Shown piece by piece: positions 1-9,585 of a DNA stretch of 12,059 bases. The notes beneath the pieces were generated by a model. The model had not been told where the DNA came from. It saw only the letters and a list, made by a program, of their open reading frames with translations, and made no database searches. Position 1 is the first letter of the stretch. Each line of letters opens with the position of its first letter. The DNA is from Octopus sinensis. Its lineage: Eukaryota. Made by a program: the position numbers and the translations under genes. The stretch spans positions 1 to 12,059 of the forward strand of contig NW_021826784.1 of assembly GCF_006345805.1 (NCBI RefSeq). Reading direction: 5' to 3'.

Positions 1-24
1 ATTATTATTATTTATTATTATTAC

Positions 25-59
<35 letters not shown>

Positions 60-60
60 T
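1..60. repeat. (ATT)n microsatellite, runs off the window start
   Basis: Direct reading of interrupted ATT units. Confidence 0.95.
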
Positions 61-269
61 ATTTTTTAATAACATTTATCGAGTACCTTTATCAATTAAT
101 TGTTGTATCTGAATGATTTTAAAATTTCAGTGCGCGGAAGAATCTAAACATCAATTCGACATTACTAAAGTCATCCATACTTATTTAATTTCATCGTTCA
201 CTGATTAGCATTTAAGATTCGATGTGAAATTTACACATGCGATGCACTATAACATGATGCGCCTATACA

Positions 270-271
<2 letters not shown>

Positions 272-303
<32 letters not shown>

Positions 304-425
304 AATATATATAATATATATATATATTATATATATATATACATATATAAGATATAGCTTGATTTTATTTTATTAATATATACACACATACAAGCGTTCA
401 TGCATACATACATACATACATACAT
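272..425. repeat. (TA)n then (ATAC)n compound microsatellite
   Basis: TA run at about 272-350 and ATAC run at about 397-425. Confidence 0.9.
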
Positions 426-544
426 TAACTATATTTGTATGTAATCTTCTACGCACCATATGTAAATACGTATTTAGATTTGCATATATATACACATATG
501 TATACATTTCGCAATACTAACCACACCAATAATAATAACTTCAA

Positions 545-563
545 TACTACTACTACTACTACT

Positions 564-606
<43 letters not shown>

Positions 607-650
607 GCTGCTACTACTACAACTACTACTACTACTACTAATACTACTAC
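545..650. repeat. (ACT)n microsatellite
   Basis: Long ACT run with a few variant units; it produces the poly-Tyr/Thr pseudo-ORFs. Confidence 0.95.
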
Positions 651-654
651 TATA

Positions 655-713
655 TTAATAATAATAATAAGGATAATAATGATAATAATAATGATAATAA
701 TAACAATAATAAC

Positions 714-753
<40 letters not shown>

Positions 754-784
754 TAATAATGATGATGATAATAATAATAACAAC

Positions 785-816
<32 letters not shown>

Positions 817-823
817 TAATAAC

Positions 824-869
<46 letters not shown>

Positions 870-908
870 TAATAACGACTACCACAACTACAACAATGAA
901 AATAATAA
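655..908. repeat. (AAT)n microsatellite with AAC/GAT variants
   Basis: Direct reading; it produces the poly-Ile/Leu pseudo-ORFs. Confidence 0.95.
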
Positions 909-1121
909 TATGTTGTCACCTATATCTGCTCGAAGCATCTGACTTTTTAGATGTGAATTCATTAACGATATATTTACGCTTGGACTGATTTGAACTTTAT
1001 ATTTCGAGTTCACAGCTCCGTAGTAAATTTTAACTGCTTCTCCATGATTATGTGACACCACCGAAGATAATTTCATAACCGTATTATGATTCGTTATATA
1101 GCGGATGTATATTGTCTGCAT

Positions 1122-1258
1122 ACACAACCACCCACCCACACACACACACACATATATATACAGAGAGAGAGAGACATGCACTCACGTACACACACACATA
1201 TGCATCCGTGTCTGTCCCTCTCTTTCTCTATGTATCTTTACATATATATGTATGGATG
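1122..1258. repeat. Mixed (CA)n/(TA)n/(GA)n low-complexity tract
   Basis: Direct reading. Confidence 0.8.
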
Positions 1259-1659
1259 TATACAAATTTCACACTGGGATACGACCTGCTTCTATCTGAT
1301 TCATCACATGACAGCGTAAATATCTATGAAATAAACGTGAAAGGTGTTAGGCTTGAACCTAATCATTCTTAAGTCCACCATTTCATCAATCGCAGCAGCT
1401 TCCAAGTTTCACCACTAATTCAGTTCTTAACTAAATTGCAAACTGTTAATTGCATAAACAGTTTGATATTTGGTTCAGTAGAAAAAAACGTTACATGAAA
1501 ATATTTGCGAGCTCGAGGGGGGTGGGGCATTAAGGCAGATATTCATTTTCAATTAACATAATTTTTTTTAAAATTTTAAATTAAAAGTATATTTTTCTTA
1601 GGCTAACATGATAGAAAAATGCATGAGGAATTGAACAAAAATGAGTAAGAAAAGTTATA

Positions 1660-2051
1660 CTCTTTAACTCTTTACTCTTTAACTTGTTTCAGTCATTTTA
1701 CTGCGGCCATGCTGGAGCACCGCCTTTAGTCGAGTAAATCGACCCCGGAACTTATTCTTTGTAAGCCCAGTACTTATTCTATCTCTTTTGCCGAACCGCT
1801 AAGTGACGGGGATGTAAACACACCAGCATCGGTTGTCAAGCAATGCTAGAGGGACAAACACAGACACACAAACATATACATACACATACATACATATATA
1901 TACATATATACGACAGGATTCTTTCAGTTTCCGTCTACCAAATCCACTCACAAGGCTTTGGTCGGCCCGAGGCTATAGCAGAAGACACTTGCCCAAGATG
2001 CCACGCAGTGGGACTGAACCCGGAACCATGTGGTTGGTTAGCAAGCTACTT
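1660..2051 (-). mobile_element. tRNA-derived CORE-type SINE (octopus-like), 5' end truncated by about 20 nt
   Basis: On the reverse strand: B-box GGGTTCAGTCCC (2010-2021), CORE-like GTGGCATCTTGGGCAAGTGTCTTC (1981-2004), an internal CA/TA microsatellite and an (AAAGAGT)-like tail at 1660-1682. It is collinear with the copy at 10456-10844. Confidence 0.9.
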
Positions 2052-2286
2052 TTTCAATTAACATATTTTTTTTTTAATTTTAAATCAAAAGTATACTTTA
2101 CTTAGGCTAAAATGATAGAAAAATGCATGAGGAATTCAGAATCGCTAGTCGCGAAAATGAGTAAAAAAGAGTTATGAGGTAACATGTTACGAAAGTTAAT
2201 GTCAAGTAGGTAAAGAAGTAAGGGAGTATAGTTCTTAAGCAATAAGAGTAAAGAATATATTTCTAAAATGAATGTTTATTCTTTAA

Positions 2287-2489
2287 GCTGCCGAGCTAGC
2301 AGAAGCGTTATTGCACCAGGCAAAATGATTAACGGTCGACTTTGCCTTTCATCCTTTCGGGCTCGATTAAATAAGTACCAGTTACGCACTGGATCGATAT
2401 AATCTACTTAATCCGTTTGTCTGTCCTTGTTTGTTCTCTCAGTGTTTAGCCCCTTGTGGGCAGTAAAGAAATAAGTATTTTGTCTGTCT
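2287..2489 (+). mobile_element. tRNA-derived SINE with Meta-like core, older copy lacking the B-box region
   Basis: Head resembles 2490-2538 and joins directly to GTCGACTTTGCCTTTCATCCTTTCGG. It is 43 nt shorter than the neighbouring copy. Confidence 0.85.
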
Positions 2490-2960
2490 GGCGGCGAGCT
2501 GGGAGAAACGTTAGCACGCCGGGCGAAATGCTGAGCGGTATTTCGCCTGCCGTTACGTTCTGAGTTCAAATTCCGCCGAGGTCGACTTTGCCTTTCATCC
2601 TTTAGGGGTCGATAAATTAAGTACCAGTTACGCACTGGAGTCGATGTAATCGACTTAATACCTATGTCTGTCCTTGTTTGTCCTCTGTGTTTAGCCCCTT
2701 GTGGGTAATAAAGAAATAGGTATTTCGTCTGCCGTTGCGTTCTAAGTTCAAATTCCGCCGAGGTCGACTTTGCCTTTCATCCTTTCGGGGTCGATAAATT
2801 AAGTACCAGTTACGCACTGGGGTCGATATAATAGACTAATCCGTTTGTCTGTCCTTGTTTGTCCCCTCTGTGTGTAGCCCCTTATGGGCAGTAAAGAAAT
2901 AGGTACTTTGTCTGTCTTTAAGTTATGAGTTCAAATTTCGCCGAGGTCGACTTCGCCTTT
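2490..2960 (+). mobile_element. Tandem SINE array: one full head plus 182/183-bp headless monomers (Meta-like core)
   Basis: Head GGCGGCGAGCTGGGAGAAACGTTAGC at 2490. Monomers start at 2537, 2719 and 2902, each with a B-box GAGTTCAAATTCC-like motif and the core GTCGACTTTGCCTTTCATCCTTTCGGGGTCGATAAATTAAGTACCAG (third monomer truncated). The core resembles the MetaSINE Meta domain from memory, not verified. Confidence 0.9.
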
Positions 2961-3077
2961 TATATTATTTCATTGATTTTTTTAACTAAACACTTTCAAA
3001 CTTCCGATACTGGTAGAATGTGTCACATAAAACATGCATTAGTCTTAACGTTGTTGACAATATTTTGTATTTTAGAA

Positions 3078-3130
3078 GCGGTATTTCGTTTGTCTTTACG
3101 TCCTGAGTTCAAATTCCGCAGAGGTCGACT
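3078..3130 (+). mobile_element. Short fragment of the Meta-like SINE (B-box segment)
   Basis: GCGGTATTTCGTTTGTCTTTACGTCCTGAGTTCAAATTCCGCAGAGGTCGACT matches 2535-2586. Confidence 0.85.
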
Positions 3131-3525
3131 AATTAGACAAACTTACAAATTAGCTGAAGAGTTTTGTACAATAAATTTAAAAGATGAGGACTGTAAAGAG
3201 TGATAAATTAGAAGAACTGGCATTCTGTGCTTCAATATTTTAAGTAAAAAGTTTCTTTTTCTTTACTTTACTAGAAGTAATAGCTTGTCCTATACTTTTA
3301 CAGGTGTAATAACTTGTACTTTTCCAGGTTTATAATCTTAAGAGTATTATTTTTCATGCTCGCATTTTTCCATGTAATTACTTATGGCTTACTGCACGTT
3401 GGTATTTGTTGGTGGTTTGTCGATGGCTTTCGTCACTTTGTTACTGTAGTGTATAAGGCTGTCGAGGGCAATTATACCACGAAATTGAATGAAGTCGTCT
3501 AAAAACGATTTTCATAAATTCTTAC

Positions 3526-3597
3526 CTCTGTTTGCCAAGGAATTTCTCGAGAAAAATGTTCCCTCACTTTCGGCAATAGGCCACTATTTCGTTCCAT
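3526..3597 (-). CDS. Candidate 72-nt exon, unknown protein (frame 0: MERNSGLLPKVREHFSREIPWQTE)
   Basis: Minus strand acceptor ...attatctattatacag| and strong donor CAGAG|GTAAGA. Length is a multiple of 3, frame 0 is open, and GC is higher than the flanks. No protein family recognised. Confidence 0.5.
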
Positions 3598-3651
3598 CTG
3601 TATAATAGATAATGCAGATTGCTTAAGAATAAAACGTAGGTGTTCCTGTCA

Positions 3652-3962
3652 AAGCATATACCTTAGTGGTTGGGGCATTCGGCTCACGATGATAAGGACG
3701 TGAGTTCGATACCCAGCGATGTGTCGTTTCCCTGAGTGAGACATTTTATTTCTCAGCTGGAGAAAATGAGTTGTTCCAGTATTATAAAGAGCTAGCCTTG
3801 TCACGTTCTGTGTCACGCTGAATCTCGTAGAGAACTACGTTATGGGTACGTATGTCTGTGGAGTACTCAGCTACTTGCATGCTAATTTCACCAGCAGGCT
3901 CCTCCGTTGATCGGATGAATCGGAACCCTCGTCGTCGTAACCAATGGAGTGCCATTATTATT
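3652..3962 (+). mobile_element. Second tRNA-derived SINE family, diverged copy
   Basis: A-box-like CCTTAGTGGTTGGGG (3661), B-box GAGTTCGATACCC (3702-3714), a degenerate CORE-like CCTGAGTGAGACATTTTATTTC, and a body ending in CGTCGTCGTAACCAATGGAGTGCC plus (ATT)n. It matches my recollection of an octopus SINE. Confidence 0.75.
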
Positions 3963-4090
3963 AAGTTACCCTTATCGACTATCTTAAGTCTTATTGCAAT
4001 TCATACAAGGAAATTCTCAATGAATTTCTCTCCCGAACTGTGAGAGCGACATTCATCGTTTGCAGTAAATCTTTGTATTTTTTTTTATAT

Positions 4091-4307
4091 CTTACTTGTT
4101 TCAGTCGTTAGACTGCGGCAACGCTGGGGCACCGACTTGAAGAACATTTGGTCGAATGAATCGACCCCAGTTCTTATTTATTTAAAGCCTGGTACTTAGT
4201 CTATCGTTATCTTTTACCGAACCGGAAAGTTGGAGGGAGACATAAACATACCAACAGTGTTTGTTGAACGTGATGGGAGACAAACACAGACACAAGGACA
4301 CACACGC

Positions 4308-4343
<36 letters not shown>

Positions 4344-4497
4344 TTATGTCTGTGTGTGTGTGTGTGTGTATAAATGTTGGCCTGTTCGCTTAGCCAGCGT
4401 GGTGGCGTCATCTGAAGGCTAAAACAATGCCAAGCGCATTGTGACCAGCGATGTGTACCAACATCTGATAGCCTGGTCGGTCACGGTGATCATGATG

Positions 4498-4552
<55 letters not shown>

Positions 4553-4707
4553 CATACATACATACAGCGGTCTTCTTACAGTTCCCGACAATCAATTCCA
4601 TCGACGAGGCCTTGGTCGGCCCTAGGATATAATAGAAGACACTTTCTCAAGGTTTCACGCAGTGGGGCTGAACACAGAACCACGTTGTTGGGAAGAAAAC
4701 CCTTATC
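4091..4707 (-). mobile_element. Older CORE-type SINE copy interrupted by a nested insertion
   Basis: The 3' half (4091-4310) and 5' half (4560-4707) align to 1680-2051 with more divergence. They are separated by (TG)n, an unrelated ~130 bp insert and (TA)n. Confidence 0.85.
4371..4500. mobile_element. Unclassified ~130 bp hairpin-rich element inserted in a microsatellite
   Basis: Absent from the other SINE copies in this window, bounded by (TG)n and (TA)n, and contains three serial inverted repeats. Confidence 0.55.
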
Positions 4708-4960
4708 AACTATTTTCAATTTACAATTCGTACTGATATTTTGTCGTTGATTTCCCATGTGAATTTCGAGAGCGGACAGAAATTTTTTACATTCGTTATT
4801 TCTATTCACATAAATATTTGCTTTCACAATGAATGCAAAAAATTACAATTTGTACAATGGCGAGCTTGTTGCATGAGGGTGATTTCTGCAGTAGAATTTG
4901 ATCTGTGAAGCTAAGTTTTCCAGACAGGTTTAGTTGACATTTATATTATTCAGAGGTATG

Positions 4961-5135
4961 TATTTCGTCCGTCTTTATATTTTGAATTCAAATTCCACCA
5001 AGTCGACCTTGTCTTTCATCCTTTCGGGGTCGACAGATTAAGAACCAGTTGAACACTGCACTTGGGGCGATGTAATCGACTTGCGTTCTCCTAACATTTG
5101 TTGTCTTTAAGTCAACATTTTGAAACCAATGTTAT
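4961..5135 (+). mobile_element. Diverged 5'-truncated Meta-like SINE copy with a different 3' tail
   Basis: TATTTCGTCCGTCTTT...AATTCAAATTCCACCAAGTCGACCTTGTCTTTCATCCTTTCGGGGTCGACAGATTAAGAACCAG...GATGTAATCGACT aligns to the array monomer; the sequence after it differs. Confidence 0.8.
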
Positions 5136-5539
5136 TTTGAGGTGCAGGTCATGTGAGCTATGATGTTTGATTAAAGCTAAGAAATAGGCATATATTTAGA
5201 AGACGGTTGCTAAGCTATGCCGTAAATAAAAAAATTGTATTCCTTTATCGAGGTCAACACTGTTTTATAGTGTTGCTCTTCGTAGTTTATTATGTCAATT
5301 TGACACTGAAGAGGCTTTTCACTAGCAGATATCTTATAATACTAGTGAATCATATGCTAGCTATTCCTCTCTTAGTTTAGTTTAGAGACTCGCGTGATTA
5401 TACATATTACGATGGCATATATTATGGCTATCGAGTGGTTCAAACATTTATCGATGTAAATCGTATCTTCAATCAACTTTCTGCAACTGTTGTATCTGCT
5501 TCGTTTATACGCAAGATGTAGAGGATTGCGGCTTGGCTG

Positions 5540-6012
5540 GCAGAGCATCCAACAAAGTGACAGGTTGTTCTTAGGGCCTGGTTAAAGTATAGACATCCAC
5601 TGACGTAAGAAGCGACATCCCTTAACAGGAAGTCAGATGTCTTTTCCAATTGATGCTACAAGACTCCAGTTCCTCGAAAATTTTCCAGCCAACATGAAAT
5701 CAAAATGCATTTCGTAAAGCATTTTCAGCCGACAGAAATCATAATGTATTTTAAGTGCAATTTAACGTAGAATGACGGAACGAATTGGAATCGATATCGA
5801 TACGCTCGAACCACCGTACTCGACTCTTTCTCAATTATAATGGAGACCTCTTGTAAATATGCGAAACATCGGATCACGTAACTAGCCTTGACCAATGAGA
5901 AGCGAACTTACAAATGCACTTTGCTCAACGACCTATTATACGGAGCAACATTGGGGATTAAAAGCATGTAGATGGTGTACGTGTGTAACAAAAACCTGAG
6001 TAATACGGGAGT
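5540..6012 (-). mobile_element. Decayed non-LTR retrotransposon (RTE/CR1-like) post-RT C-terminal fragment
   Basis: Manual translation gives PVLL (5998-6009), HLHAFNPQC (5948-5974), a frameshift, then one frame with stops: LRIIG (5931-5945), HWSRLVT, RKSRVRWF (5808-5831), WKIFEELESCSINWK (5643-5687). Order and spacing follow the LINE pattern PVLLYG...LDAF..CLRRILG..W...V.N...RRLRWFGH...W. Confidence 0.55.
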
Positions 6013-6021
6013 GAAACAATG

Positions 6022-6119
6022 TATGTCCCAGTATATGTATATTTGTGTGTGTATGTGTGTGTGTGCGCGTGTATGTATGTACTATATATATATTATATAT
6101 AATATATATATTATATATA

Positions 6120-6164
<45 letters not shown>

Positions 6165-6234
6165 CGTGTTTGTGTCTATTTATATATATGTGTGTGGATG
6201 TTTATGTAGTATATGTATAGATAGATGTATGTTG

Positions 6235-6296
<62 letters not shown>

Positions 6297-6360
6297 TGTG
6301 TGTATATATATATATATATATATGTGTGTATATATATATAATATATGACTATAATGAATA
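6022..6360. repeat. (TG)n/(TA)n compound microsatellite
   Basis: Direct reading. Confidence 0.95.
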
Positions 6361-6491
6361 CACACACAGTGAGTGCCAGATTGATTGTATTCTGATTTTG
6401 ATATATAGCAAAGCGAGAGAAAGAGGCATAGAGAGGATATTTCTGTGTAGTTTAAAGAGAGAGACGGAACGACAGACTAAAAAAAGGGAAT

Positions 6492-6492
<1 letters not shown>

Positions 6493-6525
<33 letters not shown>

Positions 6526-6600
6526 GAGAAGGGGAGAAAAAGAAAACGAAAGAAAGAGAAAGTGACGCACAAGATAGAGAGAGAGAGAGAGGGGGGGGGG
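6493..6600. repeat. (GA)n polypurine tract ending in G10
   Basis: Pure purine run at 6493-6546, a second GA run, and G10 at 6591-6600. Confidence 0.9.
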
Positions 6601-6691
6601 TAGTTTGCTGTTATTTCATCAGAACGTATTAACACGACACACTGCCTACGTTTGTCGCATTCATATCTCTTCGTATTTGTTTTTTTTTTTC

Positions 6692-6800
6692 ATTTATATT
6701 CATATATATACATATATCCATAAATACATACATACATAATATATCTATATATATATATATATATATATAATATTATATAATAAATACATGAATATATATG

Positions 6801-6836
<36 letters not shown>

Positions 6837-6842
6837 TGTTAT

Positions 6843-6879
<37 letters not shown>

Positions 6880-6893
6880 TTATCTCTGTATAT
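6692..6893. repeat. (TA)n-rich microsatellite
   Basis: Direct reading. Confidence 0.9.
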
Positions 6894-7300
6894 GATGGAC
6901 ACACTTTAGTTTTAACAGATATTCAGTTGGGAACTCATCCATTCACTTCACTGGTTTAAAAGGTGACTGTCATACTTAATACTGCAATCAACTGAACCCC
7001 GATGCAACAACGACGATGAAAGATCATTTCAATTGAAGTCTTAAACTAATGTTTGAACAGATTTTTCGCTCGATGACAACAAATCGCTCTTCCACCATTG
7101 ACAACGACTCAATTTGACAGACAGATCAAATATTAAGGCTTTTGCCGTCCTATTACATCAATTGCTGTATTCATATGCACCTTTATTTCACATCAACTAA
7201 ACACGAGGGAATGCGAGTCGTGCAACATCGTGGCTTTCTGTTTACATCGCAGCCTCTAACGGCTTTTCACTCCCGCTGTCTTTCAACTAAAATACACCTA

Positions 7301-7440
7301 TCTCTGCTTCCTCTTTCTCGCTCTCTTTCTCTCTCCCTCTCTCTTTCTCATTCTGTCTATCTATTTCTCTCAGTCTTTCGGTTTATTGATCTCTGTATTT
7401 TCTCTCTTAGACACACACACACATACACATACATACACAC
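7301..7440. repeat. (CT)n polypyrimidine plus (CA)n tract
   Basis: Direct reading. Confidence 0.8.
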
Positions 7441-7552
7441 GGGCGCGTACAGACACACATCCACACAGATAAACAGATATTTCTCGAGGACGTAATATAG
7501 AAGTACACAAACACTCATGCGAACGCACACAAATTTATTAATCGATTGGTAC

Positions 7553-8180
<628 letters not shown>

Positions 8181-8525
8181 CGTACGTGCATACATAGACA
8201 TAATGCTTGACAGATAAAGGCAGACATATAAATGGCGATGGATAGACAGGTAGGGTTACTCGCAGACACACAAAGAAGTAATAACTCAAGTAAAGTGAGT
8301 AAAAGATAGATATATAGGTACCTGCTCCACTTAATCTTTGCTCTCACTCTTCTTTTCTCTCACTCTCTCAACCCCTTTTCAGTTCAAGATACATGCAAAT
8401 TGTGTAAGCGTTCACATAGCGGCTTTTAACTTTGATATAACCTCGCAAACACTAACCTCATAAAACAGACACCAATGTTTGTCTCAAATGAAAAGAAAAT
8501 AAATTTAGGAAATGTTAACGCATGA

Positions 8526-8610
8526 TTACATATACTTACATACATATATACGTACATACGTACGTACATACATACCTACTTACATACATACATACATATA
8601 TACATACGGG
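8526..8610. repeat. (TACA)n/(TACG)n microsatellite
   Basis: Direct reading. Confidence 0.85.
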
Positions 8611-8733
8611 GGCGCGTGTGTACACGTTAAAGTTTTCTGTCTAACGACGTAATTTTAGTGACGTATGTGTATGTATATATTTATATATGAGTAAATCTAA
8701 ATATATGCCGATATATATAATATATATATATAA

Positions 8734-8909
8734 TATATGACGGGGATAAACATACGCAATACTTCCGTCTATGAAATCCACTCCCAAGTCCTTGGTCGGT
8801 TCGAGGCTAGAGAGAAAAAACATTTGCCCAAGTGCCACGCAATGAGATTGAACTTGAATACATGCGGTTGGGAAGCAAACTTCTTATCATAAGGCCATGG
8901 CCTCTGCCT
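8734..8909 (-). mobile_element. 5' half of CORE-type SINE, diverged
   Basis: TTCCGTCTATGAAATCCACTCCCAAGTCCTTGGTCGGTTCGAGGCTAG...CATTTGCCCAAGTGCCACGCAATGAGATTGAACTT aligns to 1910-2050. Confidence 0.8.
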
Positions 8910-8948
8910 GTGCCTTAAGAAAAGATATGGAGCTAGTCTCAAGAAAAA

Positions 8949-8967
8949 ACATACATACATACATACA

Positions 8968-9019
<52 letters not shown>

Positions 9020-9022
9020 CAT
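8949..9022. repeat. (ACAT)n/(TA)n microsatellite
   Basis: Direct reading. Confidence 0.95.
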
Positions 9023-9563
9023 ATTGTTTCGAATTTGCGGAAATGTGTATAGAATAATATATCAGTTGAATAATCTTAAAACATAGCCTGGTTTTCTCGT
9101 TTTTTATTACAGTGTTTTAAAATAATAAAACTATTTTCTAATGCTCATAAATTAAATTAGCGCTTTCATACATAGTGTAATCATCAAATTTCAAATGTGT
9201 CTAACTGACAGTTGAATCCTTTCCACAAGCTTACATGACACAATTGAGGATGGAAGAAAGATAAAAGCAAAACTGTTTACTAAAATATTGAAACCTGTTC
9301 TGAACGGAAATAACAGCAATAATATAACAACCAGTTAACTATGTGGATCAAAATCTATCTCTAGCATATAAATATAAACAAATTACAGGATATCAGTACG
9401 CCTGGCAAACTGTGCTGTTTAAGCTGCATGCGGATTTGTCAAAAACGTATTCTAAAGATTCAGCCTTTTGGATCGTTCTAAGAGGTACTAAAGTTGTCAA
9501 CAACTCAACTTTTAGTTAAACACATTAGAAATTTAATGATTACACTATGTAATCATATATATG

Positions 9564-9585
9564 ACGTTTCTGCCAGCTCGCCGCC
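9564..9585 (-). mobile_element. Isolated 22-nt head fragment of the Meta-like SINE
   Basis: Reverse complement GGCGGCGAGCTGGCAGAAACGT is 21/22 identical to 2490-2511. Confidence 0.7.

Noticed and set aside
435-919. ORFs with poly-Tyr, poly-Ile and poly-Leu
   Set aside because: They are direct translations of ACT/AAT microsatellites, which lack stop codons in some frames.
1517-1527. G-quadruplex candidates (also GGGA repeats near 7867-7880)
   Set aside because: Fewer than four G3 tracts within range.
2490-2580. tRNA gene (also the A/B boxes at 3661-3714 and 10462-10516)
   Set aside because: No full cloverleaf can be built, and each continues into a SINE body, so these are tRNA-derived heads.
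2537-2960. CRISPR-like array (also 11585-11642)
   Set aside because: Whole monomers are repeated with no unique spacers, there are too few units, no cas genes, and the context is eukaryotic.
1833-3203. ORFs at 1833-2105, 1843-2061, 2408-2635 and 2925-3203
   Set aside because: They lie largely within SINE sequence or AT-rich flank, with no protein motifs.
3301-3502. Plus-strand hydrophobic ORF after tandem acceptor-like sites (ttttacag, ttttccag)
   Set aside because: Phe/Leu/Ile richness is expected from T-rich DNA, no family is recognised, and it abuts a better opposite-strand exon candidate. Not excluded without RNA data.
4371-4500. Self-cleaving ribozyme in the hairpin element; hammerhead-like CTGAAGAG at 3154 and 5306
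   Set aside because: No CUGANGA plus GAAA pairing at suitable spacing, and I could not build the HDV nested pseudoknot on either strand.
4924-4961. Plus-strand mini-exon with donor CAGAG|GTATGT; also lone donor AAG|GTGAGT at 10931
   Set aside because: The first overlaps a SINE fragment start and the second has no upstream acceptor. Such motifs occur by chance.
5790-5801. Perfect palindrome ATCGATATCGAT
   Set aside because: A single 12-mer inside a decayed LINE, compatible with chance or a small duplication.
9235-9294. 60-nt minus-strand segment between AG and CAT|GTAAGC
   Set aside because: Composition is intron-like (very T-rich), two frames are open with no recognisable peptide, and support is too weak to call.
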